NCBI GenBank assembly: GCA_012295275.1
Contig: CM022665.1
Coordinates: 38,626,001-38,690,000, forward strand
Source of the DNA: Chrysomallon squamiferum
Lineage: Eukaryota; Animalia; Mollusca
Reading direction: 5' to 3'
DNA length: 64,000 bases
This document shows, piece by piece, positions 30,998-45,960 of the stretch. The notes beneath the pieces are model-generated. The model ran no database searches. It had not been told where the DNA came from and saw only the letters and a program-made list of their open reading frames with translations. A program made the position numbers and the translations under genes. Each line of letters begins with the position of its first letter. Positions within the stretch are counted from its first letter, which is position 1.

Positions 30998-31740
30998 AAA
31001 TAGTAATGAGCAAATATTCAAAATTATCAACTTATTAATTAATAGATAAAACACGACAGAAAGAATGAACAATAAGTGAATCGTTTTTTTTTTTTTTTTT
31101 TTTTTTATTCCTTCCTCCTTTTTGTATTCTAAGACTTTTCTTAGATTATCTAATACTGAGTGAAATTACTGAATAAACCATTAACTGAAATTAACAAAAA
31201 TAACAACAGATTATAAATCAATAAATAAATAAATAAATAAATAAAGATAACGAAAAAACAGTGATTATTATCATGATGATGACATTAATAAATAAATGAT
31301 AACAATAACGATGGTTATGAATGATTACGATCATCATTATCATCTCTGCCATTTTTATCGTCCTAATCACCATACATCACCATCATACCCACACTGACAT
31401 TAAGATGAGTAGACAGCAATAAAGAAAAAGAAAAAGAAACGAAAAACTGAAACGATGCACACCCATCCAGTCTCATTAATGTACACAGGTGTAGCAGGAT
31501 GCACGTCGTCGACCTGTTTACAATGTGCACGCAGCTCGTGTAGCAGATTAAAGCATTCTTTGCTCATCACCGTGGGAAAAACTCACATCTCCACGTAGAT
31601 GAAAGACATCTGTCTCGTTACTAACGGGAAATGACGTAATTTGGCTTGCAGAACGTACAAGAACCGAAATGGACCAATAAAAACGTCACGAACGTCAGTT
31701 TGTATCGTCATATCTCTATAAAAAAAAAAAAAAAAGAAAG

Positions 31741-31772
<32 letters not shown>

Positions 31773-31887
31773 AAAAAGAAATGAAATAAAATAAAAAATA
31801 ATAAAAAAAGAAAAAAATTAAATATAAGGATTATCACTTGAACCTTCCCAACAAACGAGAAAAACAGATAACAAATAACAAATAACA

Positions 31888-31949
<62 letters not shown>

Positions 31950-32149
31950 TAATAAAATACGTAAATAAACAAACAACAGTGACAATATATATATATATAT
32001 ATTTTTTTTTTCGGCTGGTATTGTTATTTGCATTCACCAACATATCAAAGTACACTTTGTTTAGCATATGAAACTTTATACATCACTTTACAGGCCAAAA
32101 AAAAAAAAAGAAAAGCAACACGAATGTTATCTTCTCCGTAACATTTACT

Positions 32150-32245
32150 AGACCCTGGAGAAATGTGGTTTGGATACAGATCATAAGATACGAACCAAGT
32201 GGCCACTAGCTTCTAAATCGTTGGCACCAAAGCACCACAACAATT
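32150..32245 (-). mobile_element. Possible decayed tRNA-like SINE head
   Basis: Minus-strand TGGTGCTTTGG (32237-32227) and GGTTCGTATCT (32196-32186) have A-box/B-box-like sequence and spacing. Confidence 0.3.
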
Positions 32246-33384
32246 TAACTTGTGTTACCAATTAACCGAAACTGCGGTCATTAATGCATTTATTGAAAGA
32301 GGCTGAATAATTATTTGTTTTCGGCATTATCTGTCTTTATTTCTGTCGGTAATAATTCCAAACCGACTGTTTCTATTACTTTGTCATAACATGATTTGTT
32401 TTGTTTGCACGCTGGGCCATTTCAACGAATATTAATTCTTCTAACTATTGCAGGTAACGCCTGTTAAAATCAAAAAAAAAAATGAACAACATTAATCAAA
32501 TCAGTTTCCTCGTAATGTCGCTTTATGACAATGATATTGGAAAGGAGATTGTGAAATAACATTAACAACGCCATGCTGGTATGAATCACGCTGTATTATG
32601 CTGAGAACTGTTCTTTGATCTCTCTCTTGTTATCTATAGTTTGATAAATAACTTGATTATTTGTCGCTGTTTACACAAATCACTTCGATTTTTTTGTTTG
32701 TTTTAACAGCATGTAATATGTCCGATTTTCAGAGAGCATGAAGAGAAAAAAAAAAAAAAAAAAAAAAATGCACGCGCTTTGGGGAAATGCGACATTATAA
32801 TTATAATGCTTAATTTGAAATGAGAGATGACAAGGAGAGAAAAGGCAAAGAGAAAAACAGAGAAAGAGATGGATATAATTAAATAATTAAAATATTTACT
32901 GCTATTTATTTATTTATTTATTTAATGTTTATTATTATTATTGTTATTATTATTATTATTATTTATTTATTTTTTATTTTTTTTATCATTGTTAGTAATG
33001 TAATTGTTGTTATTGTTACTGCTGCTATTACATTTTTAAATTATACTTAGATTCTTTAATTAATATCTTTGTATATCTTGTTATTAAAATCTTTCACAAC
33101 TTCTTTACTAAAACCTCCATATTTCTTATTTTAAAAGTTTCTTCTATATATATTTCACTGTACATAACGATTCTTTAATAAACAATATATACACTGACTA
33201 CATTAAGTTTATTTTTTTCTGTGATATAAAGGTATACTCTTGTTTATCTACACAATTATGCCACAAAAAACTATCGAATTTCCCCCCAATCGTGCACGTA
33301 CATCAAACCACGCCCAGATGTATCATCAACAACGACGTCATCTCGGTCACAAACAACATCACAACTGTCTCCAGGTGAAACGTG

Positions 33385-33418
<34 letters not shown>

Positions 33419-34389
33419 CTATCATAAATCTGCATAAATTAAAACGCATGACGCCATCGTACTAACGATACAATCGCTCGTGGGCCGTTCTACACTGATA
33501 CATTTCCTTCTTTTGTTACCCGCGAGCGTGCGCGCTTCAGATGTGATGCATGTTGCATGTTTACTGCTTCCTGTTCTGTGAGCATGCCAGAGAGGGCAAT
33601 GACGTCAGCAGTGACTGATTTCGTCAGAAGCTTACTTAATTTTGCGCTATTTACTGCAAGTCATCTCACAAAATTGCCAGAAGGAATTTCTCTTGCTAAA
33701 TTTACCACTGTCGAAATGGTAAGAGATAGGCGTGGGAAAGCTCGGCGAAGATATTTTGAGCATGCTTGTATAAACACGTTACGTAAACCTCAAGAATTGT
33801 CTTCTCTTAACTGAGATTTTTGTTTAACGTGGCGGCATGGTGTATGTACATCAACGCTTACTTAAACGTTCATGGATTTAAAAAAAAAACTTTATTACCC
33901 AAATTCAAAATCCAGACTGTGCAGATGCAAACTTGTTTTATAATTAAACAGTACTTCGTGGTTAGTAAGAAGGTTAGCGTCTGGATTTTAAATCTACTAT
34001 ATATATATATATATATATATACATATGTGGATATGTGTATGTTTGAGCGTGTTATGTGTGCTTGTGTATGGGTGTCTAAGCGTGCACATATGGGTGACTT
34101 TGGTGGTGAACTCATACATATAGAAATGTTCGCATGTGTATGTATATGGATACGTATATGGGTGTACATATATTGTGCGTTTTTGTACATTGATGCATGC
34201 GTTTCTTTACAGTAAATCAGATTTGCATCTCAAGCTATAATACACAACGTTTGCAGAGAAAGTGGACAGAATATGTGATTACAAGACAGCTAAGTGTGTC
34301 AGACTCGATGACAAATGATTTTCTATCTCGCGCAAATGCATAACAAAGATTCCTTGCTACTGACTGCAGACGTCTAACTTCCTTTCTCG

Positions 34390-34600
34390 GGCAAGATGGC
34401 TTTTTTACCAGTGGTTAGAATACAAGCGTGAGACATACATAATATGCCATCGGATCAGTTCTCGTCAGTGCTGCTCTGGACTATTTCCATTTGCTTTTAA
34501 CATATTTGTCTCTCTTTCTTCATCAAAGGCCGCTTTCATGACTACTGGAAACATATGTGTAAAATGTTGAAATATCATTAAAGCAAATTCTTCTCCTTCG
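34390..34600 (+). mobile_element. Highly decayed SINE-like element, possibly Meta-domain type
   Basis: Ordered pieces CCAGTGGTTAG (A-box-like), GGATCAGTTCTCGTCAGTG, GGACTATTTC, ATCAAAGGCCG and a ...CATTAAAGCAAATTCTTCTCCTTC tail resemble my recollection of molluscan SINE consensus sequences. Not verified by search. Confidence 0.35.
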
Positions 34601-35381
34601 TTATTTTTTTTCTCTTTTTTTTTTCTTTCTATAACTGATTCATTAATTTATTCCGGCATTCATTCAGTTCCAAGTCTTTAAAACTATCGCACTGGATAAT
34701 ATAAATATCCAGATCAAAAAAATTTAAACATGTCATTTTATATCTAAAATTAAAACACTACGTTCTCTCAGATGACTTCAGTTTTCTTCGCTCCAGACTC
34801 TTGGAGATATCAAATGGCGCTGGCTTTGATGGACATATTAAAATTCCGTGGCAATAACACAAATATTTGTCTTGTCATTAATGATGGACAACCTCTGATA
34901 GTTCCAGAGGGACTGTGGCATTTGTTGCCTCATGCAGAAATTGCTGGCGCCGGCTTATATCTCGTTGTTCAGTTAGAAGTCAAATGAAACAGAAAATGTG
35001 ATACGTTGTGTGATATGAATGATATGTTATTATAAACACATGTGTAGGTATTATCGCATTTTGTCTGAACATTCGTTTGGCAATGAATCTGATATTAACA
35101 CCATTGTTCTGTTATTTATTTATATGTGTGTTGTTTATTTCTGTTATTAACATCATCGTCGTCAATATTAATATGATACCATCGTCATCGTCGACACCAC
35201 CACTACCACCACAATTACTATTATTGTTGTTGTTGTTGTTGTTGTTGTTGTTCTTAATTATAGTTATAGAAACAGCAATAACAGTAGTTGTAGCACTACT
35301 AGCAGTAAGAGAAGTAGAAGTAACTGTTACAGACACATTAGTACCAATAGTAATAAAAGTGATGACGATGACATCAGCAAT

Positions 35382-35420
<39 letters not shown>

Positions 35421-35901
35421 AATAATAATAATAATGATGATGATGATGATGATGAATTTGATGATGATTATAATACAGCGATCATTTGTTAATGAACAGA
35501 CTCTCGGTTTAATTACACTGGTAAGTCAGTCAGTAATTTGTTAGTGCAAACTGATAAACTAAGACTCTGATGTAAAGAGCTGACGTAATATTCTATTTAC
35601 AGCTTGTAAGTTGTGATTGAACGTATTACTGATATGGCTTCATGCTTCTAGCTGACAAATCGATCAAGTGCTTTCCCTACATAGGCACAATACTTAATAC
35701 AAGAGATATGTGATAATGATAATAATTATACAGTATGTTTGATAACCAAATATAGTGTTAACAGAGCATTCTAAAATTATAATAGAATACGTAATATCGT
35801 ATATATTTTTATAGAGTGCGTGTTTACTAAGATGTATTAACGACCTGATAAATTTAATAATATACCATTCGAAAATTATAATTATATATAGAACTTTTAA
35901 A

Positions 35902-36048
<147 letters not shown>

Positions 36049-36444
36049 TCTGCCTCTCTTTATATCTCTCTCCATTTAACGTTGTCTTTCTCCTTCGCTC
36101 TGTATCTGATTCACTATCTATGTATGACACAAACACACACTCACGGACAGATACGCATTAAAATACAAACACACATACTTCACAAATACGCTCTTTGAGC
36201 ACACACACACATTATTAAACCCCTTCTCAATTTGCTAAATACCATCCTTAATATTCTGTTACACAAAATGCTTTACAACTATATGATAATATACATCTGT
36301 GGTTACTATGAATTGTGTTACGAAGACTTTGTGTGGGTGTTAATGATGTGGTTATTAAACACTTTGTTTCCATTAACGTGGAAACAAATGGCATGCATAA
36401 ATTTGGATGCAATATAAAACTGAATGATATAAAGACAGCTCTCT

Positions 36445-36479
<35 letters not shown>

Positions 36480-36789
36480 ATGGGTGGGTGAGAGAGAAAG
36501 AGAGCATATTAGTGTGTGTTGTTTGTGTGTGTATGTATGCATGTATATGTGTATGTGATGCGTATGCGTATATTTGTAAGTATCTGTCTATGTGTGTCTG
36601 TATGTGTGTTTGTTATATTAACGTATTTATTTACAGGATGTAATTGTTAAAAAGACAATACAAGTAAGTAAAAATATTAAATTTGTTAAAAATTAAAGGC
36701 TACGCTTTTGTTTTGTTTGAGAGAATGATTCAGACCTGTGGTATTGTAAAACATAGACAGCTTTATTGTAAAGAGTTTAATTTACGGTA

Positions 36790-37055
36790 TTAGAATACAC
36801 TGTTGTTTAACATAGTTATCACAACCCATCCATAACAAACTGCCAGTCAAAGGAAAGGACATTGTGTTGTTCTTACGATCTAGGAACCTGGGATCATGAA
36901 AGCCACGTTATACTTAGAAGATCAGACATAATGAAGATTTCGTTCTCAAAGCGACCACACCTTTCCAATTAGTCCTGGAGATGAGACCTGTTAGCGGATT
37001 CGATCCAAGGGCCTGCCAGGTACAACTACTGCCGTTATACCACCTAAGCAGAGTT
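36790..37055 (-). mobile_element. tRNA-derived SINE remnant
   Basis: On the minus strand: A-box-like GCTTAGGTGGTATAA (~37049-37035), B-box-like GGATCGAATCC (37006-36996), then a unique body ending near GTTAAACAAC. Boundaries are approximate. Confidence 0.5.
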
Positions 37056-38505
37056 CAAAGCAGTGTTGTTGACGTCCCCTTTAACGAGAGCGATTAAACG
37101 ACAGCGACTTATCCGATTACTGACTGAAGAAAGCCAGTCAATACTGACAGCTCCTGGACAAACAGCTGAAGGCTGAGCGGCAAAAATGATGTAGATATAA
37201 AGTGGAGAAGAAGCACACTTGAGCCCATCAGTAATTATCTGGGAGGAAATTCTCCAGAGTGTGCTTCGTTTTGTTTTAGTCATCGATTTACAAGGTTTGG
37301 TATTGCCTTGCCATCGACCGCCTCACGAATCAGCAGAACGAAGTCACGCCAGAACAAACACCAAAACATTTCATGGTTGTACGGTACGGAATTATTTCCC
37401 AGTGGTGACAGAGTTAACATTTGCCAATAAAAATGGGCATATTTATAAGCAACTCATTAACCTATAAAGACTCTATGGTTGTAGAGGGAATGGCGTCACG
37501 ATTAATCAGTTAGGAGGGCGCTAATTAATGTTGTCACCTGGTATTTAAAACAGTTTATAAGCTAGCTCTCGTAACGCGGTCGAAAAGATTTAAAAAAAAA
37601 AAAAAAAAAAAAATCTCACCCATTCTCATCATGTTCTTTCTATTCGTACCACTATGAACTTTAACAACTGTTGACTTAACAGAAATATACGCTATTAAAT
37701 TCAGATAAACAATATTTGCATATATAATTCAGGGTCATGCGTCCCAGCCAGTGTGTACTCCAGCATCTGTTGTTCTTTCTACAGTAACAGTACTACAAAG
37801 TACGTTTCTGAAATGACCCAGAGACTGTTAGGTTGCAAGCAGCTTATAAATTATCAGTGTTATCATTGCTCATACTTTCGATTAAAACCATCGACCATTT
37901 CACGTACGTGTGTAACTACGGAAATAAAAGAAAACCCCAATATCTGAAGAAATAGGCCAACGTCAAATCGTGTCTAATTCAATCTACGTTTCTTCAGATG
38001 GTTACACACTTTGCGTGATTCATGTATTAAAACCCCACTCGAGAATTACTGAAATATTCACGTGTTGAAATCAATTGTAATCCGACAACAAGTAAATCTA
38101 ACTGTCTTGAAAAGCCTTACGACATTTACGAGTTTCGTGTCGGAAGAAATAAATGAAGAAAACTACGTAGACTGTGATTGTGGGGTTGGGAAGGTTGTCT
38201 GTTGTTGTGGGTTTTTTGACGGATTTCAATGCGAGTTCGGGTTTTTGCAGTGCACAGTGAATAACGGCAGTAAAAACAATGACTGTTTCGTGAGGTGATT
38301 TTGACATTTGATTAAAGTTAATATCATCATTACGTGTGCAGTCTACATCTAGCTTTTACTCTTTTTCTCAGCCTCTCAAATTAACTCTCTGTCTGTCTCT
38401 CTTTATCTTTCTTCCTCTCTCTTTCTCTCTCCATTTCTTTCTGTCTCTGTCTGCCTGTCTCTTACTCCCTCTCTCTTCTTCTCTCTCTCTTTCTCTCTCT
38501 TTATC

Positions 38506-38604
<99 letters not shown>

Positions 38605-39387
38605 TCTCTCTCTCTCTTTCTATTTCTATCTCTCAGTCTTTGCCTCAGACTATGGTTTTGATTCGCTGTGTTTAGCGGAAATAAAAAATAAAGAATACGT
38701 TGTTTAATGACATCTCAACACTGGTAAGACAAGGAAACGGTTTAATGATACAGTCACAAGAACTCATCCAGCGTCTTCGAGTTCTTCACTCAGCTTTCTA
38801 TTCTGAGCGACAGTCCGATTCTTTGTCATTATTTATTCACCAGTTTTTAAATTACTTTTTTTTCCCGGTTTTCCGAGCTTTTTTTTTTTTTATTTTTTTT
38901 TTTTTTTTTCTGGTGTTGTAAACAGCTTTTAGTGTAATAGAGAAGAAAAACAGAAAAAAGTAAAATTTAATTTATTCTGTTTTTAAACCAATTTATTCTT
39001 GCTTCATTACAGGCCTAAAGTCCTAAATAAGTTGAATATTAACACTAAACTATTATGAAAGGAAATTTAAAAAAAAAAAATTAAAAAATAAAATAAAATA
39101 AAATAAAATAAATAAAAACACACACACATACATATATATATATGCAAGCATATATATTGAAAGATATGCACACAAAAATTTTTAAAATACATTAAAATAC
39201 CCAGCAGCTTTCTATTTACTTTTGTCCATTATTTTCCTTTTTTTTTTTAAAATTGAATTTGTTTTTCCCCACGCTACACGGATAATAAAATAATTCACAC
39301 CATTAACCAGAAAAATCTAGGAAAGCCAGAAGTCAACGAACTCTGCAATAATCGATCTTATTGACATTTTTTCACGAACAACTGGAG

Positions 39388-39425
<38 letters not shown>

Positions 39426-41441
39426 AGAATTCAGATCATTGGCACTGTAGTGTTATTGGTACATCAGCCACAACTTCAGTCAAACATGGAAACTCTGTGT
39501 CGATAGTGGTCTTCTATAAATAAATACCGATATTCATATCGGTTTGGTAGCCGCTGCTTCTAGTGTTTTCGTTTCCTAGAATGACTCACAGCGCTGTATA
39601 TAATCCTATAGGATTTTTCTGAGTAGTTTGGATCGATGAAGCAGCGACCTAACTACAACCTGGTACATATACTGTAGTACCGAAGGCGATAAATTTAGCA
39701 ACACGACCGATATAAAGAGAATACCTGTGAATAATCATAATTATGTTCATTGCAAGATGTTGCTGTGTTTATTGTGTAATGTACTGTAAGTTAATTGTAA
39801 ACAGCTAGAGTCTTTTTGATTTGACTACATGGATAGATACGTACGTACGTACATCTGTGCATCTATTTATCTATCTATCATATATAAATATACATACATA
39901 CATACATACATACATACATACATGCATGCATGCACATACATACGTACATAAAGCATGCACGCACGCGCACGCATGCCCACACACACACACACATACATGC
40001 AAAATCGCGAGTTTTGAACCCGCAAACGAAACGTCACTGCTCTGATGTACTTTCTCGCCCACACGTAACTTTTAAGAGCCCCAAGAGATAGAAAATAACA
40101 CATCCGAGCGACTGAGTGTCATCGCAACGCAAAATGTGCCATCACTGCTTGGTAGTACTCTTGTGATTAAATACAAATTACGGGCTTACGGTAATAACTT
40201 TTGAAAGAAAACAGCTCAACGTAATCACACATGGCCTCCAGTGATTAAAATAAATAAGATACTTCAAAGAATTTTCGCTGAACCTAGCGGCGATTTGAAT
40301 CGATGTATCAGTGCATGCTTGCGAGTGTGGCCATGTGTTTGAGTGCGTATCTCGTCTGTGTGTGTACGAATATGCGAGAGTTACGATATAAATAAATATA
40401 TCCACACCTAGAAATATGTATAAAAGAGACACACAGAATAGCTGAGATAGATAGATGTTGTATATAAATAAACACACATATACGCAAACATAGAAGAAAA
40501 AAAAAAAAGAAAAGAGACAGACAGAGAGAGAGGGGTCGTGTTGTGCTGGTGATTGCCGTATATATGTATAACTGTATATTTAATTTTGTTACGTGTTTGC
40601 ATGTTATTTGTTTTTATATTAAATGTCTGAATGAAAAAAATATAAGTATATGGAATTACATTTATATATAAGGCAAAACACACAAAAAAAAAAAAAAAAA
40701 AATGAAAAATTAAAAAAAAAAAAATAATAATAATAATAATCAGGTAACTTATGAATATTCACTATCGCAGACAACATACATAAACATTATATTTCCCACA
40801 TAAAAAAAATCTCTTGCAACAATTAATTAAGAACAGTTCACGGAATGACGCCAGTTGTTTCGTTTGTCAAAAATATATTTAAAAACAATATGTGTGTAAC
40901 CTAATAACTTTTAATAATCAAATGTACTGAGACAAGCAACTAACTATCTATCCATCCACTCATTCATTCTTTCGTTAATTCATTCATCCATCTATCAATC
41001 CATCCATTCATTCGTTCATTAACTCATTCATCCATCCATCCATCCATCCATCCAAGCGTTCGTTCTTTCTTTCTTTCTTTCTTCATTATCCCTGACAGCA
41101 AACAACTGATGACCCAGAATTGTATAACGAAAATAAATTAACTCATATCGATTTAATTATCGTCTTTTTATAGTCTACAAATCAGTGTGACACACATTAA
41201 ACCTTGATTCATTTGCACAACTGTTTTCCTTTATTGTCCTGTCTGTTGTAAGTAAATACATTAACGTAATATCCAGATGTAAACATTTATCAGTCTTTGT
41301 ATACAGCCTTCTGCTTTATAATCTGAGTAATAATAAAGAAAGAAATAATAAAAGAAACGTTTGTTTTTAAATAAAAGATTGTTATGTAAATATGAACAAA
41401 CATACCCCCAGCGCAATCACACACACACACACACACGCACG

Positions 41442-41483
<42 letters not shown>

Positions 41484-41754
41484 CTCAGTGCAAACGCTAC
41501 ACACCGTACATACAAATATGATTTGTCAACATCTTAATCATAAACGATAAAAGAAACATTATATTAAAAGCTACGCATTAAAAGCTACAAGAACACAAAC
41601 AACAGCGACTATTTTACTATTACTACTTCTAATACAGTTATTTCTACTATAACTATCATCATCATCCTAATAATATTAGCAATGACTGCAGTAACAACAA
41701 TAATAACCATAACAGTAAGAAGAAGAAATAGAACACCAACAACAACAATAATAA

Positions 41755-41829
41755 TAGTAGTAGTAATAGTAGTAGTAGTAGTAGTAGTAGTAGTAGCAGT
41801 AGTAGTAATAGTAGTAGTAGTAGTAGTAA

Positions 41830-41861
<32 letters not shown>

Positions 41862-41862
41862 A

Positions 41863-41915
<53 letters not shown>

Positions 41916-42076
41916 ATAGTAGTAGCAGTAGTAGTAATAGTAGTAGTAGTAGTAGTAGTAGTAGTAGAAATAGTAGTAGCAGTAGTAGTAATAGTAGTAG
42001 TAGTAGTAGTAGTAATAATAATGACAATAATAATAATAACAACAACAACAATAATAATAATAATAACAATAATAAC

Positions 42077-42134
<58 letters not shown>
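41755..42134. repeat. (TAG)n grading into (TAA)n trinucleotide tract
   Basis: Direct reading; explains the poly-T/L/V ORFs at 41609-42152. Confidence 0.95.
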
Positions 42135-42135
<1 letters not shown>

Positions 42136-42776
42136 GCTTCACGTTCATTTGAATATTATATTATTAAAAACATAGGACTCAGTTTCTTTCTGCTTCTCAA
42201 CAGATAATTTGATAACGATGCTTTCAGAAACGACTGTGAAAGCAGCAAATACAAAATCAATATCTAAAACGAAATAAAAAATACTTTTCTTGTCACTCAT
42301 GTTTAGAAAATAGGATAACGGAGACCGTACTTTGTAATTATAATGAAAAAATAAGAGGTGTATATTTAATATTAAATGAAATAAAATAAAAATACATTTC
42401 TTAAAATATATAAATTAAATAAAAAAATAAAAATAAATTTCTCAAAATATTTTTTTTTCTTTTTAAATTATTAAAAAATATATATATTTTTTTATTATTA
42501 TTATTTTTTTTTTTTTAAAGACGAAAAAGAAACCAGATATAATGATATAAGATACGTTTTTCTACAGAAACGAAAAATTCCTACTAAATGCTTAAAATAT
42601 ATCAACATTAATGTTCATATATTTTTTTCAATCTCATATTTAGCTGTGTGGTATAATCATCTGTGAATTACATTACATTTCTGTCCTGCATAATGTATAA
42701 CACAATACAGAAGAATATTTTATTGTATTCGTCCATTCAGAGATGTGAGCGCATAGCTAATTTATCTGCATCTATG

Positions 42777-42788
42777 TTGTGTGTGTGT

Positions 42789-42874
<86 letters not shown>
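42777..42874. repeat. (TG)n microsatellite
   Basis: Direct reading. Confidence 0.95.
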
Positions 42875-42877
<3 letters not shown>

Positions 42878-42973
42878 ATAAGAAAGTGATTTCATGTTGA
42901 ATATTTTCTTCAATATAATCACAGCAAAATAATAAAAAATTTGACCTATGCTTTGTAGGATACTCTGGTATTC

Positions 42974-43011
<38 letters not shown>

Positions 43012-43601
43012 GAAAAATTCAACATCGTGACTTATTTCTTGTCACATATCTAAAAATACCTACTCTGTTTATTGTTCACGGGTGCAAAAATATCTAGATC
43101 CGTTTTTGGATCAAGGGTTGCAAAAAGAGGAGTGGCGTCGTTTTTTTAGTGATTATAGCTGTCAAAACGCCGCTGGTTATATTATAAAAACAATAACATT
43201 AAGTAAGAAAAAAAAAAATATATATATATATATATATAAAAAGGAGTTGGGAGGTCACACCCCTCCTGGTTTCGTGTGTGAATAAGTTTATATTTTACCT
43301 TTCTGACGTGTCGTGCTTGTGATTACGAAGAATTATTTTATTTTTATTTTTCTGTTATCAGGTATGAGAGGAGTGTGCTAATTAACAGATCTCTGCGTGA
43401 CTTGGTCTCCAGAAACGATTTTTTTTTTTTTTTTCTTTTGTTTCCAAATTCGTTTCGCCGTCCAGACTTTATTTAAGATCGGTAATTGCTGCTTCGATAA
43501 GAATCTAAGTATTTTGGTATAACACAGGCAGGGAATAAAAATAAAAACAGCAGTGTAATATTACAGTAGTAGTAGTAGAGTTAGTAGTATCTGTAGTAGT
43601 G

Positions 43602-43641
<40 letters not shown>

Positions 43642-44229
43642 AGTTGGTATAATAGTGGCTGTAGTAAAAATATTAAAGCTGATAATGATGATGAATAAAA
43701 TAAAATAAAATAAAATAATAACATAAAATAAAAATCTCTTCTTTTTATTCTCACCTACATAAAGTATCGGAATTCGACCTAGTTGTCATTGTTAGTCCCA
43801 ATAATATTACCATTTCTGCATCAGTGCCCGTCAATCGTTTCAAATCCATTCCCATCCATTTCATTCAAATCGTATTTGGAAACGACAAACATGTCTTATT
43901 ATTTGGTTCATTTTTTTTCTTCAGAACTTTGACATTATTTTTTTTTTTCATTCCGCGCAAAACAGACATGAAGATTCCATTAATTAATTTCTTTGTTCAT
44001 TAATATTTTTTCCCGTATGACTGACTGTACAGCTTTAAAACAAATCGAGCGAAATTAACACGCGAATAAAAGTAAGTCACGGAAATACGTAAAATTCCTG
44101 AGATTTTTTTTATATTTTTGTTATTATTTATTTATTTATTTACATATTTATTTATTTTTTTTCTTGTTGATAGAGACAGGTGAAGCGAATTAGCTTGTGT
44201 AATCTTGATTATAATTCAAAATTCCCATT

Positions 44230-44432
44230 TAAGAAGAAATATAATTTATTCTTCTGCTTTGCATTTCAGAACGGTGCACATTGACAATATTCGGGAACGC
44301 ACTGGCTCAGGAGGACAAAGTCCAATCACGACCTTACAAAACCCGTCAGATGCCTCTGACGAGACTCGAACCTATAGCACCCATTCGCCCGCACTCCCAA
44401 TGAAGACGACGTTACCGTTCGGTCATCAAGAC
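44230..44432 (-). mobile_element. tRNA-derived SINE remnant
   Basis: The minus strand begins GTCTTGATGACCGAACGGT, like a tRNA-Leu/Ser 5' end. It has an A-box-like TGACCGAACGG (44425-44415) and a B-box-like GGTTCGAGTCT (44372-44362), but no intact cloverleaf. The 3' boundary is approximate. Confidence 0.6.
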
Positions 44433-44609
44433 AACGTTGTGTGTGTGTGTGTGTGCGCGCGTGTGTTTGTGTTTGTTATATTTTTAATACAGGAATAAAC
44501 AATTACACATACCTGTGCTTACACATACACATATATATGCATACAGATGCATTCAGTTACATGCATTGATATATACATTGATATTACTCACATACATACT
44601 CACACACAC

Positions 44610-44643
<34 letters not shown>

Positions 44644-44899
44644 CATACATACATATGTGTTATATAAATATCCGTTTTGATATATTTATCTTTGTGTGTA
44701 TGTGTGTGTGTATGTGACTGCATCTGTATGCATTTATATATGTGACTGTGTAAACACATGTATGTGTATCTGTTCGTGTATCAAGAATATAATAAATATT
44801 TCACCTTCACCTATTACAGTATTGAACAATGTCAGCGACAATCGTTAAGCACATTTTCTGGTGACTAATTCTGTTTACCTTTGTACAGATCGGTTTTTT

Positions 44900-44931
<32 letters not shown>

Positions 44932-45099
44932 CATTTTTAAAAGTATTTATTTAGAAATATAATAAATCCTGTAGACCCAGATGCAGACGACATAAAATCA
45001 ACAGTCTTGTTAAACGACAAATATTTGTTTTCTGCATCAAAAATTAGAACCTGAAATCGAAGGGTTATAACCAATTTTTAACTGATTTTATTATTAAAA

Positions 45100-45238
45100 T
45101 TATTATTATTATCATTATTATTTTTATTATTTATTATCATCATTATCATTATTATTATTATTATTATCATCATCATCATCATCATCATCATTATTATTAT
45201 TATTATCATTATTATTGTTATTATTATTATTATTATTA

Positions 45239-45293
<55 letters not shown>

Positions 45294-45306
45294 GTTACTA
45301 CCATTA

Positions 45307-45344
<38 letters not shown>

Positions 45345-45960
45345 GTTATTTTTTACGGGCACACACAAGTCATACAGTGAGTCAGCGGATGTCGTTGGTT
45401 AAACATGTTACATTGTTTATAGGGTACTAGGTATATTTTATAACCTCATTGATTTCCTGCAGACTCAGCGCACTAACCTTGAACTGAAATAAAATTTAAT
45501 ACGTTTATCCTGCACTAAGTTATATTACCATTTTCTTTTTATGCAACAAATTAAAATATCCTCACAGCTGTTGTTGTTGCTACTACTGTAACTACTACTA
45601 CTACCACGACAACAGTATCAACAACAACAACAACTATTACTACTACAACTACTGCTGCTACTACTATACTAGTATTACTATAATCGTACTACTACTACTG
45701 TTATTGCAACTATTACATCTACTGTGCTACTACTACTATATTACTACTATTACTACTAGCATTACAACAACTACTACCACCACTACTACTATTACTATTA
45801 TCATTACTACTACTACCACTCAGAAACCACTACCACTTCTTGCACGACTATTTCCTAGTAGTACTACTACTATGCTATCACAGCTACTATCTCCATTGCT
45901 ACCACCAGCACTACTACTACTGCTACTACAACATCTACTACTATTAACAACTATTACAAC
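45100..45960. repeat. (ATT)n tract (45100-45350) and degenerate (ACT)n tract (45580-45960)
   Basis: Direct reading; a short unique island containing an AP-1 site (45378) lies between the two tracts. Confidence 0.85.

Noticed and set aside
37044-37467. Opposite-strand ORFs in a unique, moderately GC-rich block
   Set aside because: No homology or motif recognised; the block is adjacent to a SINE remnant.
39526-39543. Inverted repeat ACCGATAT-TC-ATATCGGT
   Set aside because: A single short dyad with no supporting context; plausible by chance in 64 kb.
43075-43281. Possible MITE remnant (CTAGATCCG...CCCCTCCTGG)
   Set aside because: No matching pair of terminal inverted repeats could be established.
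44360-44432. Possible functional tRNA gene
   Set aside because: A and B boxes are present, but the acceptor and anticodon stems do not pair convincingly, so it is treated as SINE-derived.
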